From: Candidatus Saccharimonadia bacterium
GTDB taxonomy: Bacteria; Patescibacteriota; Saccharimonadia; UBA4664
Direction of reading: 5' to 3'
Assembly: GCA_035544015.1 (NCBI GenBank)
Contig: DATKIP010000076.1
Span: forward strand, 64,299-128,298
DNA: 64,000 nucleotides
In this document: positions 9,187-18,845 of the stretch, piece by piece
How the letters are laid out: every line of letters begins with the position of its first letter
Numbering within the stretch: the first letter of the stretch is position 1
Notes under the pieces: generated by a model
The model's input: the letters and a program-made list of their open reading frames with translations, nothing else
Told to the model about the DNA's origin: nothing
Databases searched by the model: none
Translations under genes and position numbers: made by a program

Positions 9187-10176
9187 ATGGGATCCGGAGA
9201 AGCTACGGCTTCAAGTGTCTTCAATAACCTCATGCTGGGGTACATAATCCTGCTTTTTAACAAGCTCGATCTGTTTCCGCATTTTTTTTCCGGCGCCACC
9301 TTCGATCAGCTGCAGGCAGCCGACGGCCTCGACCCCGTGCGCCTCAGGTCCGTCTTGGGCGCCGCCACCTCCAGCGGCTTGATCCGCGAAAAATATAGTG
9401 TTTACCACCTCACCAACCTCGGGCTCGAGCTGCACCGCAACCGCGGCTTTTTTACCTGGGCCATTGGCGGCTACTCGCCACTGCTCGAGTCTATGGATAC
9501 CTTTTTGCGGTCGCCGGACACCGCCTGGCAACCCTACGTTCGCGGCAATTACGTCGCGGTGGGCGCCGATGAGTGCAACCAGGGCCTCATGCAGGCGATC
9601 TTCGATCAAGTCATCGATACCATACCCGCCACGCGCATCGCCGACCTAGGCTGCGGCAACGCCGGACGGCTCGCCGACCTCCTGAGCCGCCGCCCCGAAC
9701 TCACCGGCGTCGGCGTCGACATCGACCCGGGCGCCATCGAGCTCGCCCGTCAAAACAGCGTCGCTCATGGTTTGGAGCAACGACTCCAATTGGTCCAGGA
9801 AAACGTCTTCGCCTCGCTCACCGGCCCGCGGCCCGAATTTGACGACGTCGAACTCGTAATGAGCTTCATGATGCTTCACGACCTCTTCAATCTCTCGGGC
9901 TTGCAGGGCCGGCTCTTCGACCTCATGAAAAAAGCTTTTCCAAAAGCAAAATACTACGTCCTGGCCGATACCTGCCTCCGTGAGCCACCGCCCGCCGCCA
10001 CAGCTCCGCCCATCTTCACCCTCGGTTTCGAGCTCATCCACGGCCTGCGCGGCATCCAACTATTTCCCCTCAGCTACTACGAGGAGCAATTTTCGCGGGC
10101 CGGGCTGCACCTCGTCGCGCGGCACGATTTTGGCGTGCCGGGTACCCACCTCTTCGTGCTTGAGGTGCCGGCGTGA
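9187..10176 (+). CDS. SAM-dependent O-methyltransferase-like protein (N-terminal dimerisation/wHTH-like domain + class I MTase)
   Basis: Carries the MTase motif I 'ADLGCGNAGRL' and post-I 'GVDID', with an N-terminal helical domain as in plant/bacterial OMTs. Confidence 0.55.
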   Translation: MGSGEATASSVFNNLMLGYIILLFNKLDLFPHFFSGATFDQLQAADGLDPVRLRSVLGAATSSGLIREKYSVYHLTNLGLELHRNRGFFTWAIGGYSPLLESMDTFLRSPDTAWQPYVRGNYVAVGADECNQGLMQAIFDQVIDTIPATRIADLGCGNAGRLADLLSRRPELTGVGVDIDPGAIELARQNSVAHGLEQRLQLVQENVFASLTGPRPEFDDVELVMSFMMLHDLFNLSGLQGRLFDLMKKAFPKAKYYVLADTCLREPPPAATAPPIFTLGFELIHGLRGIQLFPLSYYEEQFSRAGLHLVARHDFGVPGTHLFVLEVPA

Positions 10177-11255
10177 CCACCCTGGCCGAGGCCTATTTCG
10201 GCCACGTGCCAGCACCGGCCGCGCCGCCGCTGAGTACCGGCACTCCGCTGCATCTCAACGAGATGCCGGCCGACGTCCCACTCGCCTTGCGCCGCCGCAT
10301 CCTGGCCCAGCTGCGCCGCGTCCCACTCAATCGCTACCCCGAACCCTTTGCCGACTCGCTGGCCACCCAGCTGGCCGCCTGGTATGGCTGTCGGCCGGGG
10401 CAGCTGCTGGTGGGCCCCGGGTCGAGCTCGTTTATCCGTTTGCTCTTCACGTATTTTGGCCTGCACGCCCGGGGTCACATCGTGATTGCGCGGCCGTCCT
10501 TTGCCTACTACGAGCAATTTTGCCGCGCTTTCAACATTCCCTACCGCACCTGGGAGCTCGACGATAATTTTCAATACGACACCGCTAGCCTCGCTGATTT
10601 GCCCGACCACTCGGCGGTGTGGCTGGCCAGCCCCAACAATCCCACCGGCGATGTCATTCCCACCGACCGGCTGGCCGCGCTGCTCGGCGCCCACCCGCGC
10701 AGCCTGTTCGTCGTCGACGAGGCCTACGGTGAGTTCGCCGGCTCCAGCCTGCTGCCGTTGCTAGCGGAGCACCCCAACCTGTTGCTGCTGCGGACGCTGT
10801 CAAAGGTAGTATCGGCCGCCAGTTTGCGCTGTGGCGCGCTCATGGGCGACGAATCCCTCATTGCCGCCATTCGCGGACTCCAAACGCCCTGGCAAATGTC
10901 CGGTTTTACCATCGAGGCCGCCAAAGTCATCTTGAGTTACATCCAGGAAACCAGCTGGGCCACCGACCAAATCCGCGCCCTGACCGCCGAGCGCGACCAA
11001 CTTTCGCGGCGCTGGGCCGCGGCTGCCGGCCAGCAATTCACCGTGTACCCGTCCCGAGCCAACTTTATATTGTTGCGCGCCGCCAGCCCCAAAGCCTACC
11101 ACGCCCTGCTCGCTGCCTGCGCCCGGCACGGCCTGCTCGTGGCTGCGCTCGACGGCCAGCCGCGCCTATCCGGCTGTGTGCGCGTCACCATCGGCCGTCC
11201 CGCCGATAACGTCACTTTTACAAAGGCCTTTCAAGAAAGCCTATCTATACCTTAG
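10173..11255 (+). CDS. PLP-dependent aminotransferase, histidinol-phosphate aminotransferase (HisC)-like
   Basis: Has the N-terminal 'LHLNEMP' motif, 'LLVGPGSS', the lysine motif 'LSKVVSAASLRCG' and the fold-type I pattern. It overlaps the upstream gene by 4 nt (GTGA). Confidence 0.6.
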   Translation: MTTLAEAYFGHVPAPAAPPLSTGTPLHLNEMPADVPLALRRRILAQLRRVPLNRYPEPFADSLATQLAAWYGCRPGQLLVGPGSSSFIRLLFTYFGLHARGHIVIARPSFAYYEQFCRAFNIPYRTWELDDNFQYDTASLADLPDHSAVWLASPNNPTGDVIPTDRLAALLGAHPRSLFVVDEAYGEFAGSSLLPLLAEHPNLLLLRTLSKVVSAASLRCGALMGDESLIAAIRGLQTPWQMSGFTIEAAKVILSYIQETSWATDQIRALTAERDQLSRRWAAAAGQQFTVYPSRANFILLRAASPKAYHALLAACARHGLLVAALDGQPRLSGCVRVTIGRPADNVTFTKAFQESLSIP

Positions 11256-11283
11256 AATAGCGTCACAGAAAGGGGCTCCTGCC

Positions 11284-12006
11284 GTGCAGTATGATGAAAC
11301 ACTTTGGCGAAATTATGCCAAAGTCTACGATACCCTGCTTGAAATCATCCCATACCGCAACCTCCTGCTGGAGGTGGTCGATAGTGCCCAAATCAAGGGC
11401 GGCCAGGCCGTGCTCGACACCTGTTGCGGTACCGGTAATCTGCTATGGGCCTTGCAGCACCAAAATATTAACTGCCAGTTCACGGGTGTGGACGCCTCAT
11501 CGGCCATGCTCGCCAAAGCGCAGGCCAAAACCCCCGCCTTTAGCGGCACCGCCGAATTTTGCCGCATGGACTTACACCGGCCACTCGAAGCTTGGAAGAT
11601 TACGGGGTCGTTCGATCGATTCATTCTGAACAATTGTGTCTTCGCGCTCGACAATCCGGCCCTAGTGTTGCAAAACTTGGCCACCTTCGCCCGGCCTGGC
11701 GCTATCCTCGTTCTCTCCACGCCCCACCCCAGCCCCAGCCTCGATGCCGTCCTCGACGAGCATCTCCGCGATGCCGAAACCGCCGGTCGATACCAAGAGC
11801 GCGAAGATGCATTGCAGCAGCTAGTACCCCTGGTAGAGCCGATTATTCGATGCAATCAGCAAATATTTCGACACTATGGAGACGAGCTGCATTTTCCGAA
11901 TCGCTCCCAACTTGAGCAATGGTTCGAGCATTCAGGCTGGAAGATCACCGACATTCGCACGACCTATGCCGGTCAAAATTGGCTCGTAACAGCCGAGAAA
12001 GTTTAA
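11284..12006 (+). CDS. Class I SAM methyltransferase (UbiE/COQ5-like small MTase), paralog 1
   Basis: Contains 'VLDTCCGTGNLL' motif I and 'GVDAS..ML'. The GTG start at 11284 follows the aminotransferase stop. Confidence 0.55.
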   Translation: MQYDETLWRNYAKVYDTLLEIIPYRNLLLEVVDSAQIKGGQAVLDTCCGTGNLLWALQHQNINCQFTGVDASSAMLAKAQAKTPAFSGTAEFCRMDLHRPLEAWKITGSFDRFILNNCVFALDNPALVLQNLATFARPGAILVLSTPHPSPSLDAVLDEHLRDAETAGRYQEREDALQQLVPLVEPIIRCNQQIFRHYGDELHFPNRSQLEQWFEHSGWKITDIRTTYAGQNWLVTAEKV

Positions 12007-12104
12007 AAACCTCGTGGTTGCATGCTCCGGTCCACGCGTGTGATGATTATCGCGTCCCCAGCCCTTTGATATGGGCCCCAACTACTTCAACGGTGGGATA
12101 CACC

Positions 12105-12887
12105 ATGACAAGTAACACCGGCAATACCGATCTCACCACCCTCAGCCTCACCGCTCTCTTCGAGCTTTACGCCGAAGAGTACGCACGGCTGCGGGAGCTC
12201 TTCCCCTACCAAGACCACTGGCGTCAAATCGTCGCCGAGCTCGGTCTCGAGACCCATGATCGCATCCTCGACGCCTGCTGCGGCGACGGCGCCCTGACCT
12301 GGGCGCTCACGAAACTGGGCGTCCCCCCGCCCCTCGTCCTGGGGCTCGACAACTCGACGGCGATGCTCGAGCACGCAGCCGCCGAGCCTTACCCCTCGGG
12401 ACGCGCGATGTACCTGCTGTCCGATCTCAACGCGCCTCCCGACGAATGGGCGCCGGCGGAGTTTTCGGCAAAGGCACCGAGCCTGAACATCACGAAGATC
12501 GCGCTGATCAACGGCCTCTATGCCCTCCGTGATCCCCAGCAGGCGCTCGCAGGACTGGCCCAAGTAGTGCGGCCAAACACCTCACTGGTGCTCTCCACCG
12601 CCCTGCCCAACCCAGACATGCAGGCGGTGCTACGGGAGCACCTGGAGCAAGTAGCGGCCAAGGGCGGAGACCCCGCCGCCGAATACAACCGGCTCCTCGG
12701 TCCCGAAGGCGTCTTCAAGCTCATCGCCGCCATCAACCAGGAAATCATCCGTCGCGGTGCCACCTCGCTCCACTTCCTGGACGAACCCACGCTGCGGCAG
12801 ATGCTGGACGCGGCCGGCTGGCAGGTCATGCGGTCGCAGATCGTCTACGCCGGCCAAAACGTGCTCATCACGGCCAAGAAACGGTAG
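12105..12887 (+). CDS. Class I SAM methyltransferase, paralog 2 (tandem duplicate of the preceding gene)
   Basis: Contains 'ILDACCGDGALT' motif I. Its C-terminus 'YAGQNVLITAKKR' parallels 'YAGQNWLVTAEKV' of the upstream paralog. Confidence 0.55.
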   Translation: MTSNTGNTDLTTLSLTALFELYAEEYARLRELFPYQDHWRQIVAELGLETHDRILDACCGDGALTWALTKLGVPPPLVLGLDNSTAMLEHAAAEPYPSGRAMYLLSDLNAPPDEWAPAEFSAKAPSLNITKIALINGLYALRDPQQALAGLAQVVRPNTSLVLSTALPNPDMQAVLREHLEQVAAKGGDPAAEYNRLLGPEGVFKLIAAINQEIIRRGATSLHFLDEPTLRQMLDAAGWQVMRSQIVYAGQNVLITAKKR

Positions 12888-12893
12888 GACCCC

Positions 12894-13622
12894 ATGTCCC
12901 TCGTTGTGGTGCGGCGCGCCGACAGCCCCGCCGATATTCGCTGTGCCTTCGCGATCCGGGCAGCGGCTTTCAGCCAGCTGGGCGGCAACCGGCACACCCC
13001 GTTTGACACCCGCCCAGACACCCGGTCCTTCCTCGCCACCACCCCCCGCGGTGACGGTGTCGCCGCCGGGTGGGTCGTCTCGGGCCGGTCGGGCAGCTTG
13101 CCTTCCGCTGGAATCTTCGCCCAGATGGGCTGGCCGCTCAATCCCCCGGGTTTCGCGCACTGGGACGAATTCACACGGTTTGGCACCAGCCCTCAGTACC
13201 AGCGAACCCGAACCGGCCTCGCCGGCTTCCTGGGCATGGCCGGTGCCGCCGTCTGCCATGGGCTCAAACCAGAAGCGCCCCGGCTGCACTGGCTCATGAC
13301 CATGATGCCAGGTCTCGTCCAGTCACTGGACTGGGTTCCCTATGAGGGCCTGCATCGGGGACCATTCCAGTACCGCGGCGGACCCAACACGCTCGAGCCC
13401 ATCTGGGCCGCCACCGTGTATCTCCCCGAAGTGCCTCGGGCGCTACAACTCGTGCGCCCCAGACTCTACACCCTGATGTTCCCAGGCGGCGTCCCATCCG
13501 GCGAGTGGCCTGCAGGTCGCTCAGACGATGACCTCCGCGAGCTCATCGCGGCCAATCGCGCCATCCTGGCGACGCACATCAGCCAGGCAGGGGAGCGCTC
13601 GCTGCCGGTCTACACCGCCTAG
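12894..13622 (+). CDS. GNAT-fold acyltransferase-like protein (autoinducer-synthase/N-acyl amino acid synthase-like?)
   Basis: Contains 'VVVRRADSPADIRCAFAIRAAAFSQ' and matches the overall GNAT/LuxI-FeeM-like pattern. The assignment is weak. Confidence 0.3.
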   Translation: MSLVVVRRADSPADIRCAFAIRAAAFSQLGGNRHTPFDTRPDTRSFLATTPRGDGVAAGWVVSGRSGSLPSAGIFAQMGWPLNPPGFAHWDEFTRFGTSPQYQRTRTGLAGFLGMAGAAVCHGLKPEAPRLHWLMTMMPGLVQSLDWVPYEGLHRGPFQYRGGPNTLEPIWAATVYLPEVPRALQLVRPRLYTLMFPGGVPSGEWPAGRSDDDLRELIAANRAILATHISQAGERSLPVYTA

Positions 13623-13701
13623 CGGTCGAGGCCCGCCGGACACTTCGTCCGGCGGGCCTCTTCCCAATTTCCCGCGGCACGATATAGTAGGCATAGACAT
13701 C

Positions 13702-15870
13702 ATGCTTGTACTCTCGGTGATTCTCCTCAGCATCGTCCTAGCAGCAGATATTGCGCTGGGTTTGGTTGTGTGGCTGCAGGCTCCAGGACGCAGCGTTAAT
13801 CGTATTTTTGCTCTGCTAGCCTTCGCCTTCGCCGGATGGAGCGGCAGCGGTTTTTACGATCAAACCGTTGCCAATACGGCCAATCTCTCGCCATTCATGG
13901 CGGGCACTCCTTTTGTTGCCGCTATTTTGATCGCCGGCTTCATCATGCTTTTCACGCTCTATTTTCCCGCCAACCACCTCAACGCTCCGCGCCTGCGCCA
14001 TGGACTCATTTGGGCCCTAATTTTTACCGCCGCGCCGCTAATATTCATGGCTCTGTTCACCAGGCTCATCATAGCCGGCGTCACCATGTCTGCTGCTGTC
14101 GGCAACAACATTATTGTGGGACCGCTGTATGGATTGTTTCCGCTCTTCCTCCTTGCCTGGATCGGGCTGGCTTTGGTCAATTTGGCGCATAAATACCGCC
14201 ACGCCAAAAGCTCTCTCAGCCGGCAGCAACTCAGTTATGTATTCGCTGGATTCTTGCTCACCACCGCCACCGCCTTCATGACCAACGTCATTATTCCGAT
14301 GGCTACCCAAACCCCCACGGTAGCCCGTTTCGGCTTCCTCTCTACGCTGTTCCTCATCGGCTTCATCGGCTATGCCATCGTGGCCCACCGGCTATTCAAT
14401 ATTCGGCTGCTCATTGCCCGCTCGGTGGCCTACTTGCTGCTGCTTGGCACCCTTACCACGCTCTATGGCCTAGGGATTTTCGCCACCAGCCGCTATTTCT
14501 TCCCCGATACCGGCATCAGCATGGGCGAAATCGCCGCCTTCATCGCCATGGCTCTCATTTTGGCTGTCACGTACCAGTCGTTTCGGCGCTTTTTTGAGCA
14601 CGTTACCGACCGGGTTTTCTTTCGTGATCATTACAACGCGCAGACGCTGCTCGACACCATCGCGAGCACGTTGGCCTCGGAATTGCTCCTGGAGCCGCTC
14701 CTGAGAAAAAGTCTCAAAGAGCTTTGCAGCCCGATGCATCTGGCGGGGGCCCAGGTGATGGTGCTCGAGCGCGACCGACTCTACAAACAAGCCCGCTACG
14801 GCCTAGCGGCGCCCAATGCCGTGCCACCGGCTGAGGCTGTTCGGAGCCTTCAGCACCCCATCCTCATAGCCGACGAATTATCGCCAGGCGCACTCAAAGA
14901 TCTGCTTGATGTCCACGGCGTGCGGGTTTCGCTCATGCTGCGCACCCACGGAGAAGCGGTAGGATTCCTGTTTTTGGGCGACAAACGCTCGGGCGACGCC
15001 TACACCGACGAAGACCTGGCCGTGCTCGAGATTGTTCGCAAGGAGCTGGCCGTGGCCATCACCAACGCGCGCGCCTACGAAGAAATCGCTCACTTCAACA
15101 CCACACTGCAAGAGCGTATTCGCCAGGCCACCCGGCGGCTCAGCGCCGCCAATCGCAACCTCAAGGTGCTCGACCAGGCCAAAGACGACTTCATCTCAAT
15201 GGCCTCGCACCAGCTCGGCACGCCGCTGGCCACCATCACGGGCTACCTGTCGATGGCCGTCGATGAAGACAAGCACAACATGACCGCTAATCAGCGCCAA
15301 TACATTAGCCTAGCACTCGAAGCCTCCAGTCGAATGGTGGCGATGTCGAGCGATCTACTCAATGTGTCGCGCCTCAATTCCGGCCGCTTCGCCATTTTGC
15401 CGCGGCCCGTCGACCTCGGTCAGCTGGTGGAGCAAGAGATCGAGCAGCTCAGCCCAGCGGCCGAACGCAAGGGCCTCAGGCTCACCCACAAGCTGCCGCA
15501 GCCGCCCTTGCCGCGACTGATGCTCGACGAGAGCAAAACCCGCCAAGTGGTAATGAATTTCATCGACAATGCCATCTACTACACGCCGCACGGCGGCATT
15601 CACGTAGAGCTCAAGCATGAAGCCGGCGCCGTCATATTTACCGTCACCGACACCGGCATCGGCGTGCCGGCGGCGGAGCAAGCCAAGCTGTTTGCCAAAT
15701 TCTATCGTGCGGACAACGCTCGGCAGACTCGTCCCGATGGCACGGGATTAGGCCTCTACTTAGCCAAAAAAGTCATTGAAGGTCAGAACGGAACCATCAT
15801 TTTTGCTTCCCAAGAGGGCGCCGGGAGCACTTTTGGCTTCAGTTTGCCGTATACGCCCGCCAAGGGCTAA
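13702..15870 (+). CDS. Sensor histidine kinase with N-terminal 7TM domain (HisKA_7TM-like), GAF-like linker, HisKA and HATPase_c
   Basis: Seven N-terminal TM helices; H-box 'SMASHQLGTPL'; N-box 'NFIDNAIYYT'; G-boxes 'DTGIGV' and 'GTGLGL'. It is a paralog of the 34488 kinase. Confidence 0.8.
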   Translation: MLVLSVILLSIVLAADIALGLVVWLQAPGRSVNRIFALLAFAFAGWSGSGFYDQTVANTANLSPFMAGTPFVAAILIAGFIMLFTLYFPANHLNAPRLRHGLIWALIFTAAPLIFMALFTRLIIAGVTMSAAVGNNIIVGPLYGLFPLFLLAWIGLALVNLAHKYRHAKSSLSRQQLSYVFAGFLLTTATAFMTNVIIPMATQTPTVARFGFLSTLFLIGFIGYAIVAHRLFNIRLLIARSVAYLLLLGTLTTLYGLGIFATSRYFFPDTGISMGEIAAFIAMALILAVTYQSFRRFFEHVTDRVFFRDHYNAQTLLDTIASTLASELLLEPLLRKSLKELCSPMHLAGAQVMVLERDRLYKQARYGLAAPNAVPPAEAVRSLQHPILIADELSPGALKDLLDVHGVRVSLMLRTHGEAVGFLFLGDKRSGDAYTDEDLAVLEIVRKELAVAITNARAYEEIAHFNTTLQERIRQATRRLSAANRNLKVLDQAKDDFISMASHQLGTPLATITGYLSMAVDEDKHNMTANQRQYISLALEASSRMVAMSSDLLNVSRLNSGRFAILPRPVDLGQLVEQEIEQLSPAAERKGLRLTHKLPQPPLPRLMLDESKTRQVVMNFIDNAIYYTPHGGIHVELKHEAGAVIFTVTDTGIGVPAAEQAKLFAKFYRADNARQTRPDGTGLGLYLAKKVIEGQNGTIIFASQEGAGSTFGFSLPYTPAKG

Positions 15871-16004
15871 ACCATAGCTATTTTCACAAGAACCATTCAA
15901 TCCCCGGGCATTTTATATACCAACTTCACCAACGCTATCCGGCTGCCAGATAAGCTTTAATTACAAAGGTAAAGGGACGGCCCAAGAGCGGCCAATTAAT
16001 AGGT

Positions 16005-16406
16005 ATGCCTACGCCCACCATTCTCATTGTCGAAGATAATGCCGATCTCCAAAAAATCTATCAAACCGTGCTCACGGGTGACGGATACAACGTAGTAGTG
16101 GCCGGCGACGGCGAGGCCGCCTTGCAGCAGGTCGCCGAGTACCATCCAGATCTCATTTTGCTCGACATGCTCATGGTCAATCTCGGCGGACTGGAATTCC
16201 TGCGCGCGTATCGCAAGACCGCCGATGCTGACGCCAAAATTATCATCGTTAGCAACCTCGCTTCCCCCGAGCTCAGTCAAGAGGCCATCAAGCTGGGCGT
16301 CGACCGATATCTGGCCAAAACCCAACTCACCCCGCGAGAATTAGCGCGCGAAGTCAAAACCATCCTAGCGGCTCCCGAGACGCCCATCGCTTCTGCGCAT
16401 CAATAA
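16005..16406 (+). CDS. Stand-alone receiver-domain response regulator (CheY-like, no output domain)
   Basis: Contains 'ILIVEDNADL', 'DLILLDMLM' and 'K' after beta5. The 133-aa protein has a C-terminal 'DRYLAKTQLTPRELAREVK' tail. Confidence 0.75.
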   Translation: MPTPTILIVEDNADLQKIYQTVLTGDGYNVVVAGDGEAALQQVAEYHPDLILLDMLMVNLGGLEFLRAYRKTADADAKIIIVSNLASPELSQEAIKLGVDRYLAKTQLTPRELAREVKTILAAPETPIASAHQ

Positions 16407-16814
16407 TCTGCCGGAAAACCAACTGAGCCGCGGCCCGGAAGCGATCATCAGAACGCCCCCGGACCGACTCTCTCGACCAAACATCCCGCAACGCAGCCAA
16501 TCATCCATACTACGACCACTATGCGGTCCCGCATGCTCATAAATTTGAGCGCCGGCCTGGCGATAAGCACGGTGGTGCAAGGGCTTCTAGTGGGGCTCAG
16601 TCCACACTCGCCCGTCATCACGCGCTCCTGGTTCACACCGCCAGCGCTCGTGGCACTGCCGTGGTACCGGCAAGATCCAAACATAACTTCGCAGGTTCGG
16701 GGACAGGATCGGGGGGTCGTCTAATGGGCCAAAGAGCCGTAGGCGATTATATCCAAAACAGCCTAAGCTTCCAATGGGCCAAATATTAATCATGCTTATG
16801 CTAAAATCTAGATC

Positions 16815-18032
16815 ATGGAACAAATCCGTACCCCAGGCTCCAAAATCCTCATCGTTGGCGGCGGCTTCGGCGGCGTGCGAACGGCCGTACGGCTCAGTCG
16901 GCAGCGCGGTCTCGATGTTACGCTTATCTCCAATCTCGCCACGTTCGCGTACTATCCGCAGTTTTACCACTCGGCCACCGGCGGCTCGCGCTCCGAAGCC
17001 GCCTTGCCTCTCACCGATGTACTCGCCGGCACTGGTGTCAGACTCGTCCAGGACGTCATTGTCAAAATCGACCCCGAAGCGTGCACTATTACTTCGATCG
17101 ACGGTAAGACCAGCTACCCGTACGACGAGCTCATTATGGCTCTCGGCTGCGTCACCAACTATTTTGGCATCAAAGGCCTGAGTGAATTCTCCTACGGCAT
17201 CAAATCAATCGACGAGGCCGAGCGGTTCAAGGCCCATCTCCACGAGCAACTTTTGGCCGGCCCCGGGCCCGACCTCAACTACGTCGTGGTGGGCGCCGGC
17301 CCCACCGGCGTCGAGCTGGCTGCCTCACTCGGCGCCTATCTCGACCGCATTACGGCCCTGCACGGCCTCGAGCCCCGCGATTACCACATCGAGCTCGTGG
17401 AGGCCGCACCCCGCATTTTGCCCCGTTCCAGCGAGGCCGTCTCGCGGCGGGTGCACCGTCGGCTCGCCAAGCTCGGGGTGGAGGTCATCACCGGCGCCGC
17501 CGTCAAAGCCGAAACCGCGCAGGAGCTCCAGCTCGAGGGTAAATCCATCGCCACGCGCACCGTCGTGTGGACCGCCGGCACCTCCGTGAACCCCTTTTAC
17601 TACGCCAACGGCGCACACTTTCAGCTCGCCAAGGGCGGCCGCGTCATGGTGAGCGACCATCTGGAGGCCAAAAACCACGTCTACGTCATCGGCGACAACG
17701 CCGCCACCCAATACTCGGGCATGGCCCAAACCGCCATCCGCGACGCCGACTTCGTGGCCGCCGACATCGCCCGCGCCCATGCCGGTCGCCGCCGCCCGGC
17801 CTACAAACCGTTCTTGCCGGTGAGCGTCATTCCGGTGGGGGAGTACTGGGCCGTAGCCGAATGGGGCCGCCTGCGCCTCTACGGGCTACCGGGCTACATT
17901 CTGCGCCGCGCCGCCGATCTCATCGGGTATGCCGACATCGAGCGCTGGCCTCAGGCCATCCGCGTCTGGCTCCAAGACGGGCAGCACGATGATAATTGTC
18001 AGATCTGCGCCGCCAGGCAGCCCCAAAACTAA
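16815..18032 (+). CDS. Type II NADH dehydrogenase (NDH-2) / FAD-dependent pyridine nucleotide-disulfide oxidoreductase
   Basis: Has 'KILIVGGGFGGV' and a second GxGxxG, 'VVVGAGPTGVE'. An extended -10 (TGcTAAAAT) lies at ~16796. Confidence 0.7.
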   Translation: MEQIRTPGSKILIVGGGFGGVRTAVRLSRQRGLDVTLISNLATFAYYPQFYHSATGGSRSEAALPLTDVLAGTGVRLVQDVIVKIDPEACTITSIDGKTSYPYDELIMALGCVTNYFGIKGLSEFSYGIKSIDEAERFKAHLHEQLLAGPGPDLNYVVVGAGPTGVELAASLGAYLDRITALHGLEPRDYHIELVEAAPRILPRSSEAVSRRVHRRLAKLGVEVITGAAVKAETAQELQLEGKSIATRTVVWTAGTSVNPFYYANGAHFQLAKGGRVMVSDHLEAKNHVYVIGDNAATQYSGMAQTAIRDADFVAADIARAHAGRRRPAYKPFLPVSVIPVGEYWAVAEWGRLRLYGLPGYILRRAADLIGYADIERWPQAIRVWLQDGQHDDNCQICAARQPQN

Positions 18033-18060
18033 AGGGGCCGCCCGGCGCGCTTTGCCCGCG

Positions 18061-18732
18061 CTAGCTCAGCACGAGCGTCTCGAGAAATTTGAAGTGTGGC
18101 GGGACCACCTTCGGGTTATCGCCCCCGATCTCACTCGATCCCATCGACATCGCGTAGAGCCTCCCGCTCGACCACACGAGCCGGAGGTAGTGGGTGCTAT
18201 CCGGGTACTCGCGCTTCAGGTCCAGGCTTTCATGGCCGCGGTAATTACCCGGCACCGGCCTGCCCGACGCATTCGGATCGTGCTCATCGAACCAGCGCTC
18301 GAACGCCTGCGTCGCCGTCAGCCCCGGGTACGGGACAACAGCCAGCCGGTAATCCTCCGACTGGAAGGCCCGACACGACGGCGGCGGTGAGACGGCATCC
18401 CAAGTTGGGCAGATTTTATGCCCATCGCCGCTCACCAGCAGTCCCGCCACGTGCATCCCACCGACTCCCTTTTCCAGAAAGTCGATATCAGCCGGATCGC
18501 CGTCGGTCGGGAACGTAGCGCAGGCGTGATGGCCGTCGGTACACGCCTGCCTGTACACGGGCTTGGCGAGGAGCGGCTTCTCCGGCTGGGGCGCCGGGGC
18601 CGTGATCCGCGAGATTGACTGGCCGCCTGACGGCGTATGGCCGGTGCAGCCGGACGCCAGCACGCCAGCAGATATAAGCCCCGCAGCCAGCGCCAGCGCG
18701 CGCCGGCCACTCAGCCCTCGTGGATGGTGCAT
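18061..18732 (-). CDS. Lipoprotein, function unknown
   Basis: Signal peptide with lipobox 'VLASGC'. A cysteine-containing, proline-rich mature region follows. Confidence 0.45.
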   Translation of the reverse strand: MHHPRGLSGRRALALAAGLISAGVLASGCTGHTPSGGQSISRITAPAPQPEKPLLAKPVYRQACTDGHHACATFPTDGDPADIDFLEKGVGGMHVAGLLVSGDGHKICPTWDAVSPPPSCRAFQSEDYRLAVVPYPGLTATQAFERWFDEHDPNASGRPVPGNYRGHESLDLKREYPDSTHYLRLVWSSGRLYAMSMGSSEIGGDNPKVVPPHFKFLETLVLS

Positions 18733-18816
18733 TGGTAGTGCCTCCATTCGGTGGGGGTACATCAACAGTTGCCCATGGTACCACCACCTCTAACCTTTAG
18801 AAACTCCACAAAAGTG

Positions 18817-18845
18817 TTGACAATAATTCCAACCTGTGATAGGAT
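18817..18845 (+). promoter_or_regulatory. Sigma-70-like promoter (TTGACA-N17-TAGGAT)
   Basis: A consensus -35 element and a reasonable -10 with 17-bp spacing, in a ~550-bp low-GC non-coding stretch. Confidence 0.4.
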
